Positions 18,660-27,026 of a DNA stretch of 64,000 bases are shown piece by piece. The translations under genes and the position numbers were made by a program. The stretch is from an uncultured delta proteobacterium (GTDB lineage Bacteria > Myxococcota_A > Polyangia > Fen-1088): NCBI GenBank assembly GCA_963767925.1, contig CAVYGB010000008.1:640001-704000 (forward strand), in the 5' to 3' direction. Every line of letters starts with the position of its first letter. The stretch's first letter is position 1. The notes beneath the pieces were generated by a model. It searched no databases, had not been told where the DNA came from, and was given only the letters and a program-made list of their open reading frames with translations.

Positions 18660-19634
18660 CGGGCTCTCCACCGTCACCGGCTGCCGGGTGTCGGGATGGG
18701 GGAAGGTCAGCCGGTGGGCGTGGAGGGCCTGGCGGGGCAGGCCGTCGAAGGCCGCCAGCAGCTCCTCGGTCATGCCCGTGTCGCAGAAGTCCAGGAAGCG
18801 CTGCTCGCCGGCCCGGTAGATCTTGTCGCCGACGATGGGGTGGCCGATGCTGGCCAGGTGGACCCGGATCTGGTGTTGCCGGCCGGTCCGCGGCGACAGC
18901 TCGACAAGCGCGTGCTCGGCGAACCGCTCGATCACCTGGTACCGGGTCAGCGCGGGCGCCCCGTCCGGGAACACGCCCATGACGATCCGGCTCCGGCTCC
19001 CGGTGAGGCGCAGGGGCTTGTCGATCTCGCCGGCCTCGGGCGAGGGAATGCCGTGGCAGAGCGCGAGGTAGGTCTTCTCCACTGCCCGGCGGGCGAAGGC
19101 TTGCTTCAGGAAGGAGCTGGGGCCGGGGCCGCGGGCGAGCAACATCACCCCCGAGGTCTCCTTGTCGAGGCGGTGGCAGACCTGCAGCGGCTGGCCCGGA
19201 TAACGCTCGCGCAGCAGCGCGGTCAGGGTGTTGCGCCAGTACTTGGCGGTTGTGTGGATGGGCAGGCCGGCCGGCTTGTCGATGGCGATGAAGGTGTCGT
19301 CCTGGGCCAGCACGGTGAAGTCGCGGGGCACGGGCGGCTCGACCGGGGCCGGCCGCTCGATCAAGATGACCTCGCCGGTGCGCACGCCGAGCGAGGGGCG
19401 CGGCTGCCGGCCGTCGTGCAGGCGCACCTGCTGGGCGATGATGTCCTGGATCTTGTTGCGCGAGAGGCGCCGGATGCGCCATTTGAGGAAGTGATCGAGC
19501 CGCCAGCCGTCGCACTCGGACGGCACCCGGATCCGGACCGGGATGATGTCGGCGGGTGCGACGGCGGCCTCGGCCTCGACCCGGTCTCCGGACGGCCCGG
19601 AGGTCGGATCGGCCAGCGGCTCCTCGCCCGTCAA
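18615..19634 (-). CDS. RluA/RluD-family pseudouridine synthase with S4 domain
   Basis: GWRLDHFL, IDKPAGLPIH, HRLDKETSG (catalytic Asp), TGRQHQIRVHL, HPIVGDKIY, QALHA. Confidence 0.93.
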   Translation of the reverse strand: MTGEEPLADPTSGPSGDRVEAEAAVAPADIIPVRIRVPSECDGWRLDHFLKWRIRRLSRNKIQDIIAQQVRLHDGRQPRPSLGVRTGEVILIERPAPVEPPVPRDFTVLAQDDTFIAIDKPAGLPIHTTAKYWRNTLTALLRERYPGQPLQVCHRLDKETSGVMLLARGPGPSSFLKQAFARRAVEKTYLALCHGIPSPEAGEIDKPLRLTGSRSRIVMGVFPDGAPALTRYQVIERFAEHALVELSPRTGRQHQIRVHLASIGHPIVGDKIYRAGEQRFLDFCDTGMTEELLAAFDGLPRQALHAHRLTFPHPDTRQPVTVESPLPADLVAYFGDLPR

Positions 19635-20476
19635 TTCTGACTCTCGCCGGTCTTGTCGTTCTGCTTCTTCTGGGCGGCTGCTTCCTCGTCCTGCTTGCGG
19701 GCCGCCTCCAGCAGCAGGAACGACGTCGACGAGCGGACCTCGTCTTCGCCGTCGACCTCACCCGGCTGAAACTCGAACTTGCCCCCGTTCCAGGTCAGCA
19801 TCTGGAACACCGCCGCTGCGCCCTGGCAGTCGGCGCGCCCCTCGATGGTGGCTCGCAAGACCCGCCCCTTGCGCACGTGCACCCGGCCGTTGCCGATCTG
19901 GCCGCTGAGGACCAGCACCCCCGAGCGCCGCTCGAGCTCCAGCAGCATCAGGATGCTCGCCGCCCCGAACTCGTCGAGCCGCCCTACCAGGGCCACTCCG
20001 GCCGGGGCGCCCCGCTTGCCCGCGGGCCGGGGCGCCACCGCGGGGGTCGGCCGGCGCGCCGGAGCGGCGGGCCGGGCCGGTCGGGTGACCGGCGGCGCCT
20101 CGGCGGCCGGCGCTCCCAGCAGACGGGCGACCTTCTCCTGCAGGGCCTCGGCGCTGAACGGCTTGACCAGGACGTCGTCGATCTCGGGGCGAAAGCTGGC
20201 CCCCCGCCTTCCCGGCGGTGACTGCCCGCTGACCAGGAACAGGGCCGGGACGTTGGCCAGCTCGGGCCGCGCGCGCAGCCGTTCCACCAGCTCCCAGCCG
20301 TCGATGCCCGGCAAGCGGGTCTTGACGATGATCAGCTCGGGCCGAACGTGTTCGGCCGCCAGCAGGCCCTCACGCCCGTCCGCGGCCATGCCGACCTGGT
20401 GACCCACCTGCGACAGCACGGCCGCCAACATGCGCTGCGCCCAGGCGTCATCGTCCACAACCAGCACGCGAGGCAT
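19631..20476 (-). CDS. Atypical receiver domain + DUF4388 (PatA-N-like) protein
   Basis: VLVVDDD..LIIVKTRLPGIDG..LVKPF; C-terminal LVGRLDEFG..ILMLLELERRSGVL..MLTWNGGKFEF..LLLEAARKQDE. Confidence 0.85.
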   Translation of the reverse strand: MPRVLVVDDDAWAQRMLAAVLSQVGHQVGMAADGREGLLAAEHVRPELIIVKTRLPGIDGWELVERLRARPELANVPALFLVSGQSPPGRRGASFRPEIDDVLVKPFSAEALQEKVARLLGAPAAEAPPVTRPARPAAPARRPTPAVAPRPAGKRGAPAGVALVGRLDEFGAASILMLLELERRSGVLVLSGQIGNGRVHVRKGRVLRATIEGRADCQGAAAVFQMLTWNGGKFEFQPGEVDGEDEVRSSTSFLLLEAARKQDEEAAAQKKQNDKTGESQN

Positions 20477-20507
20477 GACTTACGCGCTGCTTTCGGCCCG
20501 GTGAGGT

Positions 20508-21116
20508 CTAGTCGTCGTAGTCGTCGACGCGGCGGTTCCACCGCCAGTTGCCACGCTCGCGCTCTTCCGGCCGGGGACGGGAGGACCGCTTCTTTTCCGG
20601 CCGCTCTCGCCGCTCGCCGCCCCCCCGCGCGTCGCGTTCGCCACTGCGAGGTGGCGACGTCCCGAGGGGTGGTGGCACCCGCGGGGGCCCGAACGGCCGG
20701 CTGCCCGGACCGCCCGGAGGACCAAAGCCGGGCCGGGGAGGCCCACCGGCCCCGCCGAAGCCGCCCGGTCGGGGTGGTCCCCCGAACCCACCGGGTCGGG
20801 GCGGTCCCGCCCCGAACCCACCGGGTCGCGGCGGTCCGCCCGGGCCACCCGGACGAGGTCCGGCCGCCCTGGCCTGGGCCTCCTCGACCACGATGGTGCG
20901 TCCTTGCAGCATCTTGCCCGACAACTTCTCGATGGAGGCCTTGGCCCCCTCGTCGGTCATCGTTTCGACGAACGCGAAGCCGCGGGGACGCCCGCTCTCC
21001 CGGTCGAGTGCGACCTTGACGCTGCGGACTTCGATTCCTTCGGAGAGGAAGGCGTCTTTTAGCTCCTGCTCGTTGACGTTGTAGGAAAGGTTGCCAACGA
21101 AGAGACGGGTACCCAT
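20508..21116 (-). CDS. RRM RNA-binding protein with Gly/Pro/Arg low-complexity tail
   Basis: RNP2 LFVGNLSY, RNP1 RGFAFVE, repeated GGPPRPGGFG units. Confidence 0.92.
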   Translation of the reverse strand: MGTRLFVGNLSYNVNEQELKDAFLSEGIEVRSVKVALDRESGRPRGFAFVETMTDEGAKASIEKLSGKMLQGRTIVVEEAQARAAGPRPGGPGGPPRPGGFGAGPPRPGGFGGPPRPGGFGGAGGPPRPGFGPPGGPGSRPFGPPRVPPPLGTSPPRSGERDARGGGERRERPEKKRSSRPRPEERERGNWRWNRRVDDYDD

Positions 21117-21160
21117 AACGATGTTGCCTGGCTCGCTGTGTGCTCTATATCAATAACCGC

Positions 21161-21448
21161 TCAAGGGGTAGCAGGTCCGTTGACCCGATCCTTGAGCTCT
21201 TTCCCCACACGGAAGGTCGGGGTCTTCCGGGCTGCGATCTGAATGGCCTCTCCCGTTCGCGGATTACGACCCGTCCGCGCCGCGGACTCCCGCACGAGGA
21301 AAGCGCCGAACCCGCGCAGATCGATGCGCTCGCCCTTGGCCAGGTTCGTCGCGATGGCGTCGAGCAGGGCATCAATCGTAGCTTCGACCTGGGGGCGCGG
21401 AAGATTCCGCTGCTGCGCCACCAGGTCCACCAGGTCCGATTTCTTCAT
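21161..21448 (-). CDS. HU/IHF family DNA-binding protein
   Basis: MKKSDLV, LRGFGAF, ARTGRNPRTGEAIQI, PTFRVGKELKDRVN; SD GAGGAG. Confidence 0.95.
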   Translation of the reverse strand: MKKSDLVDLVAQQRNLPRPQVEATIDALLDAIATNLAKGERIDLRGFGAFLVRESAARTGRNPRTGEAIQIAARKTPTFRVGKELKDRVNGPATP

Positions 21449-21522
21449 GGGGTTGGCTTTCTCCTCGTAGTTTGTTGGGCGAACATAAGCCCGCCAAGGC
21501 CTCGCTCGCACGGTTTCATTAA

Positions 21523-21552
21523 AATTTAGTGGTAGCCGCGTCTGTAGGTCAA
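21523..21552 (-). promoter_or_regulatory. Putative sigma70 promoter of the HU/IHF gene
   Basis: Minus strand TTGACC-N18-TAAATT in an AT-rich patch. Confidence 0.5.
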
Positions 21553-21695
21553 GCGAGGGTGACGCCCCTTGCCAGGTCCCCGGGTGGGCCCGAGTGGGGC
21601 AAAGGCGGATAACGCGCGTCAGCTCAGGCGCAACCCCGAGCGCGGGAGTTACCCGGCGCACCTGGAGAAATGACCCCATCTGTTGAAGCGGCCAC
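21532..21695. ncRNA. Candidate structured non-coding RNA (long interrupted hairpin, 6S-like size)
   Basis: Nested complementary blocks GTAGCCGC/GCGGCCAC, GGTCA/TGACC, CCAGGT/ACCTGG, CCGGGT/ACCCGG, CCCG/CGGG, GGGG/CCCC in an intergenic gap. Confidence 0.3.
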
Positions 21696-21718
21696 ACGCG
21701 CCTCGGCGAGGCGCGTGG

Positions 21719-22675
21719 TCAATTTCTGGACGGGCCGTCGTCCTCTCCGGGGCGCAGCGACCCCGCGATGCGATCGAACCCTCTGCGCAGCGCCCAGGCC
21801 GCTTCCCCGCCGTTGCCGATCTGGGCCGCCTCGGCGAGGGCCCCCTCGAGCTCCTTGCGCACCACGGGGCAGCGGCCCGGCGGGATGAGCGGGCTCAACA
21901 GCTCGCGCGCGGTCCGCTCGTAGAGCCGGCGGCAGCCGTCGTGGTCGCCCTTGTTGAACAGCGGGGCGCCGAGGCTTATCGCGCCGCCGAGCCGCTCGAG
22001 CACGAGCGGCAGCTCGGGGCAGCGGGCGATCGGATTGGTGGCGCCCGGGCTCGCCTGGATCTCGTCGAGCAGCAGGGCATCGACCGCCGCCGGCAGCAGG
22101 TCGGGTCGGGTCTCGAGCAGCTCCTTGACCCGGGTGCAGCGGGGCCGCGAGCTGAGATCGGCGATCACCGAGGCCGCCCGGCTCTCCAGTCCGGGCGCGC
22201 CGGCCTCCAGCCGGCGCACGATCGCGAGCAGATCCGGGCAATCTTCGGAGTACATCGACGACTCGGGCACGTCGAGGCGCTTGGCCGTGAGGGTGTCCCC
22301 CGGGAGCTGGCCGGCGATCGCCAGGCCGAGCGCCGCCGTGTAGCCGAGGTCCAGCTCCAGGCTGGCGTCGGCGGCGGTCGGGGCGCGGGCCGCCCGGGCG
22401 ATGGCCCGCTCGAGCGTGCTGGAGAAGGCGCCGCAGGCCCGGGCCCCCGGTTCGCGCAGCAAGGCGGCGGCGTTGATCCGCATGACCTGGTAGGCGGCGA
22501 GGGAGCTGCCGCGGGCCCGGTGCACGCTGGCGAGGACCATGGTGGTGCGCAGCCGCTCGATGGTCGGCGCGAGCAACGTACACCCCGCGCCGTGCTCCTT
22601 TCCCGCTGCCGGCGAGGCCGGGGACAGCAGGATCAGAGACAGCGCCGCGGCGGCGCTCCATCGGCGGACGTGCAT
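21719..22675 (-). CDS. Secreted helical hypothetical protein
   Basis: Signal peptide; C-terminal AISLGAPLFNKGDHDGCRRLY..AWALRRGFD helical domain; paired cysteines. Confidence 0.65.
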   Translation of the reverse strand: MHVRRWSAAAALSLILLSPASPAAGKEHGAGCTLLAPTIERLRTTMVLASVHRARGSSLAAYQVMRINAAALLREPGARACGAFSSTLERAIARAARAPTAADASLELDLGYTAALGLAIAGQLPGDTLTAKRLDVPESSMYSEDCPDLLAIVRRLEAGAPGLESRAASVIADLSSRPRCTRVKELLETRPDLLPAAVDALLLDEIQASPGATNPIARCPELPLVLERLGGAISLGAPLFNKGDHDGCRRLYERTARELLSPLIPPGRCPVVRKELEGALAEAAQIGNGGEAAWALRRGFDRIAGSLRPGEDDGPSRN

Positions 22676-22769
22676 TGCGCCACATCATGACACGCCCTCG
22701 GGGCGGCAGGGCCCGAAAGCGAGGAGGGCCTCGCTGCCGGCGCCAGTGGCTCTATACTCGGGCCCGCCG

Positions 22770-23336
22770 ATGAAAGGGTTTCTTCTCGGTTTGCTCGTCG
22801 CCGGTCTGGCGTTCGGCGGCTACCTGTACTGGAAGAGCAGCGACGCCGGTCGCGGTCCGCGCGTCGCGGCCCAGCCCGACGCGGGCGCCCCCGTCAAGAA
22901 GCGCCGCCGTCGGGCGGCCCGGGCCGCGGGCGATCCGGCCCCGGAGTCGATGCGCCTGTCGGCGGCAGACCGCAAGATGGTGGGGCAGGGGGACGACCTC
23001 GGCCGGCCCGAGGTCGTGCGCCTGGACTTCGAGGATCAGCGCCAGATCCCCGAGCTGTCCCAGGAGGACATCGACGCGCGCTTCAAGCCCCAGGAGGAGG
23101 CGGTGCTCGATTGCATCGCGCGCGCCCGCCCCGCCCCGGAGGCGCACGTGCCCGGGCTGGTGAACGTGAAGTTCCGGATCCAGCGCAGCGGCGCGGTCCG
23201 GGGCGTGCGGGTCGAGGCGCCGGCCATCCTCATGCGGGGCGGGCTGCACGGCTGCCTGAAGGATCTCGTCGAGGGGTTGCGCTTCGCCGAATCGGGCTCG
23301 AGTCAGATCGTCACCTACCCGTTCCGATTGCACTAG
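22770..23336 (+). CDS. Single-pass membrane protein with TonB-C/AgmX-PglI-like C-terminal domain
   Basis: N-terminal TM; LSQEDI..VLDC..GLVNVKFRIQRSGAV..GCL..LRF..VTYPF. Confidence 0.75.
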   Translation: MKGFLLGLLVAGLAFGGYLYWKSSDAGRGPRVAAQPDAGAPVKKRRRRAARAAGDPAPESMRLSAADRKMVGQGDDLGRPEVVRLDFEDQRQIPELSQEDIDARFKPQEEAVLDCIARARPAPEAHVPGLVNVKFRIQRSGAVRGVRVEAPAILMRGGLHGCLKDLVEGLRFAESGSSQIVTYPFRLH

Positions 23337-23363
23337 TCCGGGGGACTACGTGCACCGCTCTCG

Positions 23364-23792
23364 CTATTTCGCGAGCGGTGCACCAGGCAGGTTGGCGGTC
23401 TCGGCCCGGGCCCAGTCGATGATGGCCTGGGCCGCCTCGAGGAACCGCCGGTCGGGGGCTCCCAGCCGGACCAGGGCGGGCGCCTGGGGGGGCGTATCGC
23501 GCAGCAAGGTCGCCGCCTCCCGCACCACCTCGGGCGCCCGGTCCTCGCTGGCCAGCCCGACGACGTGATCCATGTAGCTGCGGCCCCAGCCCGTCGGCCA
23601 GGCGGCAGCGGGCGTGAGGCGCAAGACGGCGTTGAGGGCCATCCCGGCTGCGCGCCGGGCGTGGGTCACGGCCGGACGGAAGGCGCGCCGGCCCAGGGCC
23701 TGCTCACCCTGGGCGAGCTCGTTGTCCGCGGCGGCCAACCACTCGAGCGCCGAGAGCCGCTCGAGCCACTCGCGGCTGTTCGGTTCGACCAA
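23364..23792 (-). CDS. Small helical protein, HEPN-like
   Basis: WLAAADNELAQG..AVTHARRAAGMALNAVL resembles the HEPN pattern WL..A..DL..A..aqQAaEKalKA. Start uncertain (TTG 23792 or GTG 23837). Confidence 0.5.
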   Translation of the reverse strand: MVEPNSREWLERLSALEWLAAADNELAQGEQALGRRAFRPAVTHARRAAGMALNAVLRLTPAAAWPTGWGRSYMDHVVGLASEDRAPEVVREAATLLRDTPPQAPALVRLGAPDRRFLEAAQAIIDWARAETANLPGAPLAK

Positions 23793-23817
23793 GCTGCGCC
23801 TCCCGCCGGCGGGGCGT

Positions 23818-24621
23818 TCAGCCCCAGCCGCCCACAACGGTCTCGGCCGCCGCCAGATCCTGACCGGTGTCGATCTCGCGCCACTGGCCGTCGATGAACA
23901 CGGGGGCCAGGTGGTGCCCCCGCTCGGCCAGGGCGTTGAGGGCGTCGGTCAGGTAGGCCACCCGCAGCGCCCGGGCCCGCCCGAAGGGCGCATCCAGCCC
24001 CGGCGAAGCAACCTTCTCGTCCCAGAGGGCGCGCAGGGCCCGCCCCCCTTCGGAGGAGAACCAGGCCAGGCCGATGAACTCGCCGACCGCGACCGCCGCC
24101 TCCACCGCCTGCTTGCCCACCCGCACAACCCGGGCGTCGGGGCCCGTCCCCTCCACCTTCGCCAGCTCGGCCTCCGAGACCGGGTGCAGGGTGCGACCGA
24201 CGTAGGCGTCTTGCCAGCGGCGATCGATCACCAGGGCGGCGGAGGCCCCGCTGGACCGGGCCGCCTCGACGACCTGCCGGGCGACGCCGGGGGCATAGAC
24301 GATGTCCGAGTAGGAGAACAGGAAGCCGCCGTCCATCTCCCCGGCCGCGTAGAGCAACGAGGCCAGGATGTTGTTGCTCTGCCACTCGGGGTTGTCGACG
24401 AAGCGCAGGGGATGGGGACCGCCGTCGATGAGATCGCCGCGGTAGCCGCGCACGACCACGAAGTCGCGGACGCCGGCCCGGCTGAGCGCATCGAGCTGGT
24501 GGTGCAAGATGGGGCGGCCCGCCACCTGCACCATGGTCTTCGGGATGGCGTCGGTCTCGGCACCCAGCCGGCTGCCCCGCCCGGCGGCGACGATGATGGC
24601 GCGCGTACCGGCGGCGCTCAT
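23818..24621 (-). CDS. NTP transferase, phosphocholine/inositol-phosphate cytidylyltransferase-like (LicC/IPCT-like)
   Basis: AIIVAAGRGSRL, IPKTMVQVAGRPIL, VRGY, NNILASL, YSDIVY, GEFIGL, WREIDTGQDL. Confidence 0.88.
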   Translation of the reverse strand: MSAAGTRAIIVAAGRGSRLGAETDAIPKTMVQVAGRPILHHQLDALSRAGVRDFVVVRGYRGDLIDGGPHPLRFVDNPEWQSNNILASLLYAAGEMDGGFLFSYSDIVYAPGVARQVVEAARSSGASAALVIDRRWQDAYVGRTLHPVSEAELAKVEGTGPDARVVRVGKQAVEAAVAVGEFIGLAWFSSEGGRALRALWDEKVASPGLDAPFGRARALRVAYLTDALNALAERGHHLAPVFIDGQWREIDTGQDLAAAETVVGGWG

Positions 24622-25394
24622 GGGCGGGGCGACCTCCCCAGCTTCAGCGCCACGCCCAGCAGGGCGCGGGCGGCGTAGGCCGCATGGACCGCGAAGTAGA
24701 CGTGCAGGAAGACGTCGAGGCGATTGGCGATGGCCACGAACACAAGATAGCTCGGATAGTGGATGAGGAAGCGGCCGAGCTGCTCGACCAGGCCCACCAG
24801 CCGGCGCAGCGGCGAGCGCGGCGCGCTGGCCTCGGCGGGCGGGTGGGCGAACCCGTCGCCGTAGTCGCCCGAGCCCCGCGACACGTTGGCCCCGGTGGCG
24901 GCCAGGTATTCGGGCCGCCGGATGAAGGTGGTCAAGCTGATGCCCGACGCCACCGCGGTCAGGGCCAGCAGCCCCTCGAGCGCGAAGCGCACGTCCCCGG
25001 AGTCGCTCCACAGCCGGCCGGCGGTGGCGGCGACGAGCAGGAAGGCCTTGAGCTCGTCCATGAGAAAGTCGAAGTGGGCTCCCACCGGCGAGGAGGTGCC
25101 GCGCAGGCGGGCCAGCTGCCCGTCCACGCAATCGAGCACGTAGGACAGCTCGAGCACGACGATCGCCGCGATGAGGCCGCTCTGTCCGGGCAGCAGCACC
25201 AGCAGGCCGGCCGCGGCCAGGAAGACCACCAGCGACAGCAGCGTGACCTGGTTGGGGGTGATCCGCGTGCGCTCGAGCGCCACCACGATTGGCGCAGCCA
25301 GTGGCCGGGCGACGTAGCGGTTCCAGAAGATGTCGTTCGGCTTCCTGGTGCGGCGGTAGCCGTCGCGGATGCGGCTCCAGATCATGGTGGTCAT
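24618..25394 (-). CDS. CDP-alcohol phosphatidyltransferase family protein
   Basis: ITPNQVT and the signature DCVDGQLARLRGTSSPVGAHFDFLMD. Confidence 0.92.
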   Translation of the reverse strand: MTTMIWSRIRDGYRRTRKPNDIFWNRYVARPLAAPIVVALERTRITPNQVTLLSLVVFLAAAGLLVLLPGQSGLIAAIVVLELSYVLDCVDGQLARLRGTSSPVGAHFDFLMDELKAFLLVAATAGRLWSDSGDVRFALEGLLALTAVASGISLTTFIRRPEYLAATGANVSRGSGDYGDGFAHPPAEASAPRSPLRRLVGLVEQLGRFLIHYPSYLVFVAIANRLDVFLHVYFAVHAAYAARALLGVALKLGRSPRP

Positions 25395-25397
25395 GGC

Positions 25398-26621
25398 TCA
25401 GCCTAGCCGGAGCGCGCCGCCCCAGCGGAGGAAAGCCCAGTAGCCACCGACGATGGCCAGCCCGAGGGCCACGCCGAGCAGGGCGTGGAGCAGGAGGGAG
25501 GCCAGGAAGCTGCCCGCCCCCCGCTGCCGTCCGGCCGGGGCGGGAGCCGCCGCCGGGGGGGGCATCGTGGGCGTGAGCGCGCGCTGGGGATCGGTCTCGC
25601 TATCGTCGGCGAGCTGCTCGAGGAGCCGCTCGAGCGGCCGCTCCGCCGACCGCCGCTCCGGCCGGTCGGCCCGCTTGTGATCCGACGAGCGGATCTCGGG
25701 TCGGGTGTCCGCGCGCATCGACGGGGTCTCGAACGGCGCCTCTGGCCGGGCCTCGACCCGCGGCTCGGGCCGGGTATCCAGTCTGGCCTCCGGCTTGATC
25801 TCCGGCGTCAGGTCCGGCTTGACCTCGGGGCGGGCGTCCACCGCCACCAGGGGAGCGCGGCTGCCGGTCTCCACCATGGGGGTGGCGCCGTCGCTGAGGC
25901 GGCGCAGGCGGGCGGTGCCGGGAAGGGCAGGGGAGTGGGCGTAGGGGGCCGTCACCTGGGGACCCCCGGCGGGGGCGGTGGGGGCGGGGGCCGAACCGCC
26001 GGCCGACGCCGGAGGCTGGACCTGGTAGCCGAAGATGGTGCTGCTATCGAGGGTGGGGGCGCGCAGCGGGCGGGAGGCCTTCGTCGGCCGGGGCAACGCG
26101 AGCTGCGGCAGGCTGATCCGCCAGGTCCCGTCGGTCCAGGACATGACCTCCGGGAGCCGCTCGCCCGATTCACTGCCGTTGACCAGGGTGCGCAGGATCT
26201 CGCCCCGGCGGTAGCTGATCCGCACGTGGTCGTCGCCGTGCCGGAGCTCGAGCGCGCAGGTGAGCACGAAGTTCTCGCAGTACCGCATCAGCGCCGGGGG
26301 CGGCCGCTGGGCCAGCGACCCCTCGAGGGAGCCAGGGGCCCCGAGGGCGCCGTCCTCGGGGTCCGGCAAGGTGGGGTGGGCCAGGAACCGGAGGCCGGGG
26401 ATCTGACGCAGGTAGGCCATGGCGGCGTCGCCCCGGCGGTCGCCCGCGATGGTCTCCGAGACGCCACCGGCCACCACGTGGATCTCACCGAGCTTCTCGT
26501 CGTGATCCGCGTGGAGCGTCTCGACGCGAACCGTCAGCGCGGCCTCGGCCAGGAGGGAGAGCAACTCCTCCAGCGTCCCGCCTTCCCACTTGTACGTCTG
26601 ACCCTCGACCACGAGTGACAT
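25398..26621 (-). CDS. Tandem DUF4388-like domain protein with C-terminal TM anchor
   Basis: WEGGTLEELLSLL..; LEGSLAQR..LMRYCE..ISYRRGEI..MSWTDGTW; Pro-rich linker; C-terminal TM. Confidence 0.65.
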   Translation of the reverse strand: MSLVVEGQTYKWEGGTLEELLSLLAEAALTVRVETLHADHDEKLGEIHVVAGGVSETIAGDRRGDAAMAYLRQIPGLRFLAHPTLPDPEDGALGAPGSLEGSLAQRPPPALMRYCENFVLTCALELRHGDDHVRISYRRGEILRTLVNGSESGERLPEVMSWTDGTWRISLPQLALPRPTKASRPLRAPTLDSSTIFGYQVQPPASAGGSAPAPTAPAGGPQVTAPYAHSPALPGTARLRRLSDGATPMVETGSRAPLVAVDARPEVKPDLTPEIKPEARLDTRPEPRVEARPEAPFETPSMRADTRPEIRSSDHKRADRPERRSAERPLERLLEQLADDSETDPQRALTPTMPPPAAAPAPAGRQRGAGSFLASLLLHALLGVALGLAIVGGYWAFLRWGGALRLG

Positions 26622-26627
26622 GGGTGC

Positions 26628-26891
26628 CTAGCTGTCCGTTCCGTCGCTGGCGTCCGCCAGGACTTCGGTGTCCGCGCTGGCCGAATCGGCCCCCGCCCCG
26701 GCGTCGGAGCTGGCCTCAGGGCTAACATCCACCGCGGTGTCCCGCCCCCCATCCGGCAGCCGATAGCCCGCGCCTGCGTCGGTCCCGTAATTCTGGTCAC
26801 GCCGGTCTCCGTCCGAGGAGCAGGCGCTGCTCCCGAGAAGCACTGCGAAACCAAGCGCATAAGGCCGCGCCCGCCGACCGATCAGTCGCAT
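26628..26891 (-). CDS. Small lipoprotein with acidic DAG-rich tail
   Basis: MRLIGRRARPYALGFAVLLGSSAC lipoprotein signal, followed by Asp/Ala/Gly-rich sequence. Confidence 0.55.
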   Translation of the reverse strand: MRLIGRRARPYALGFAVLLGSSACSSDGDRRDQNYGTDAGAGYRLPDGGRDTAVDVSPEASSDAGAGADSASADTEVLADASDGTDS

Positions 26892-27026
26892 CGTCTCGAA
26901 GCTAGAAGGGAACATCGGTGCAATCAAGTTTGGTCGGTGGCCGTGGGAAGATTGTGCCGCGGCAGAGAACCGGGCTACAACGACAAGGCAACAAACACAA
27001 CCGGCCACGACCGGCTTTTGAACAAA

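Noticed and set aside
21590..21660. c-di-GMP-I (GEMM) riboswitch, suggested by GGCAAA..GCGCAA..GTTACC
   Set aside because: No GNRA-capped P2 or tetraloop-receptor P3, and no downstream gene on that strand.
23364..24621. HEPN-MNT toxin-antitoxin pair
   Set aside because: The neighbouring nucleotidyltransferase is a sugar-phosphate type (AAGRGSRL), not a minimal polymerase-beta type (GS..DxD), and no RxxxxH is evident.
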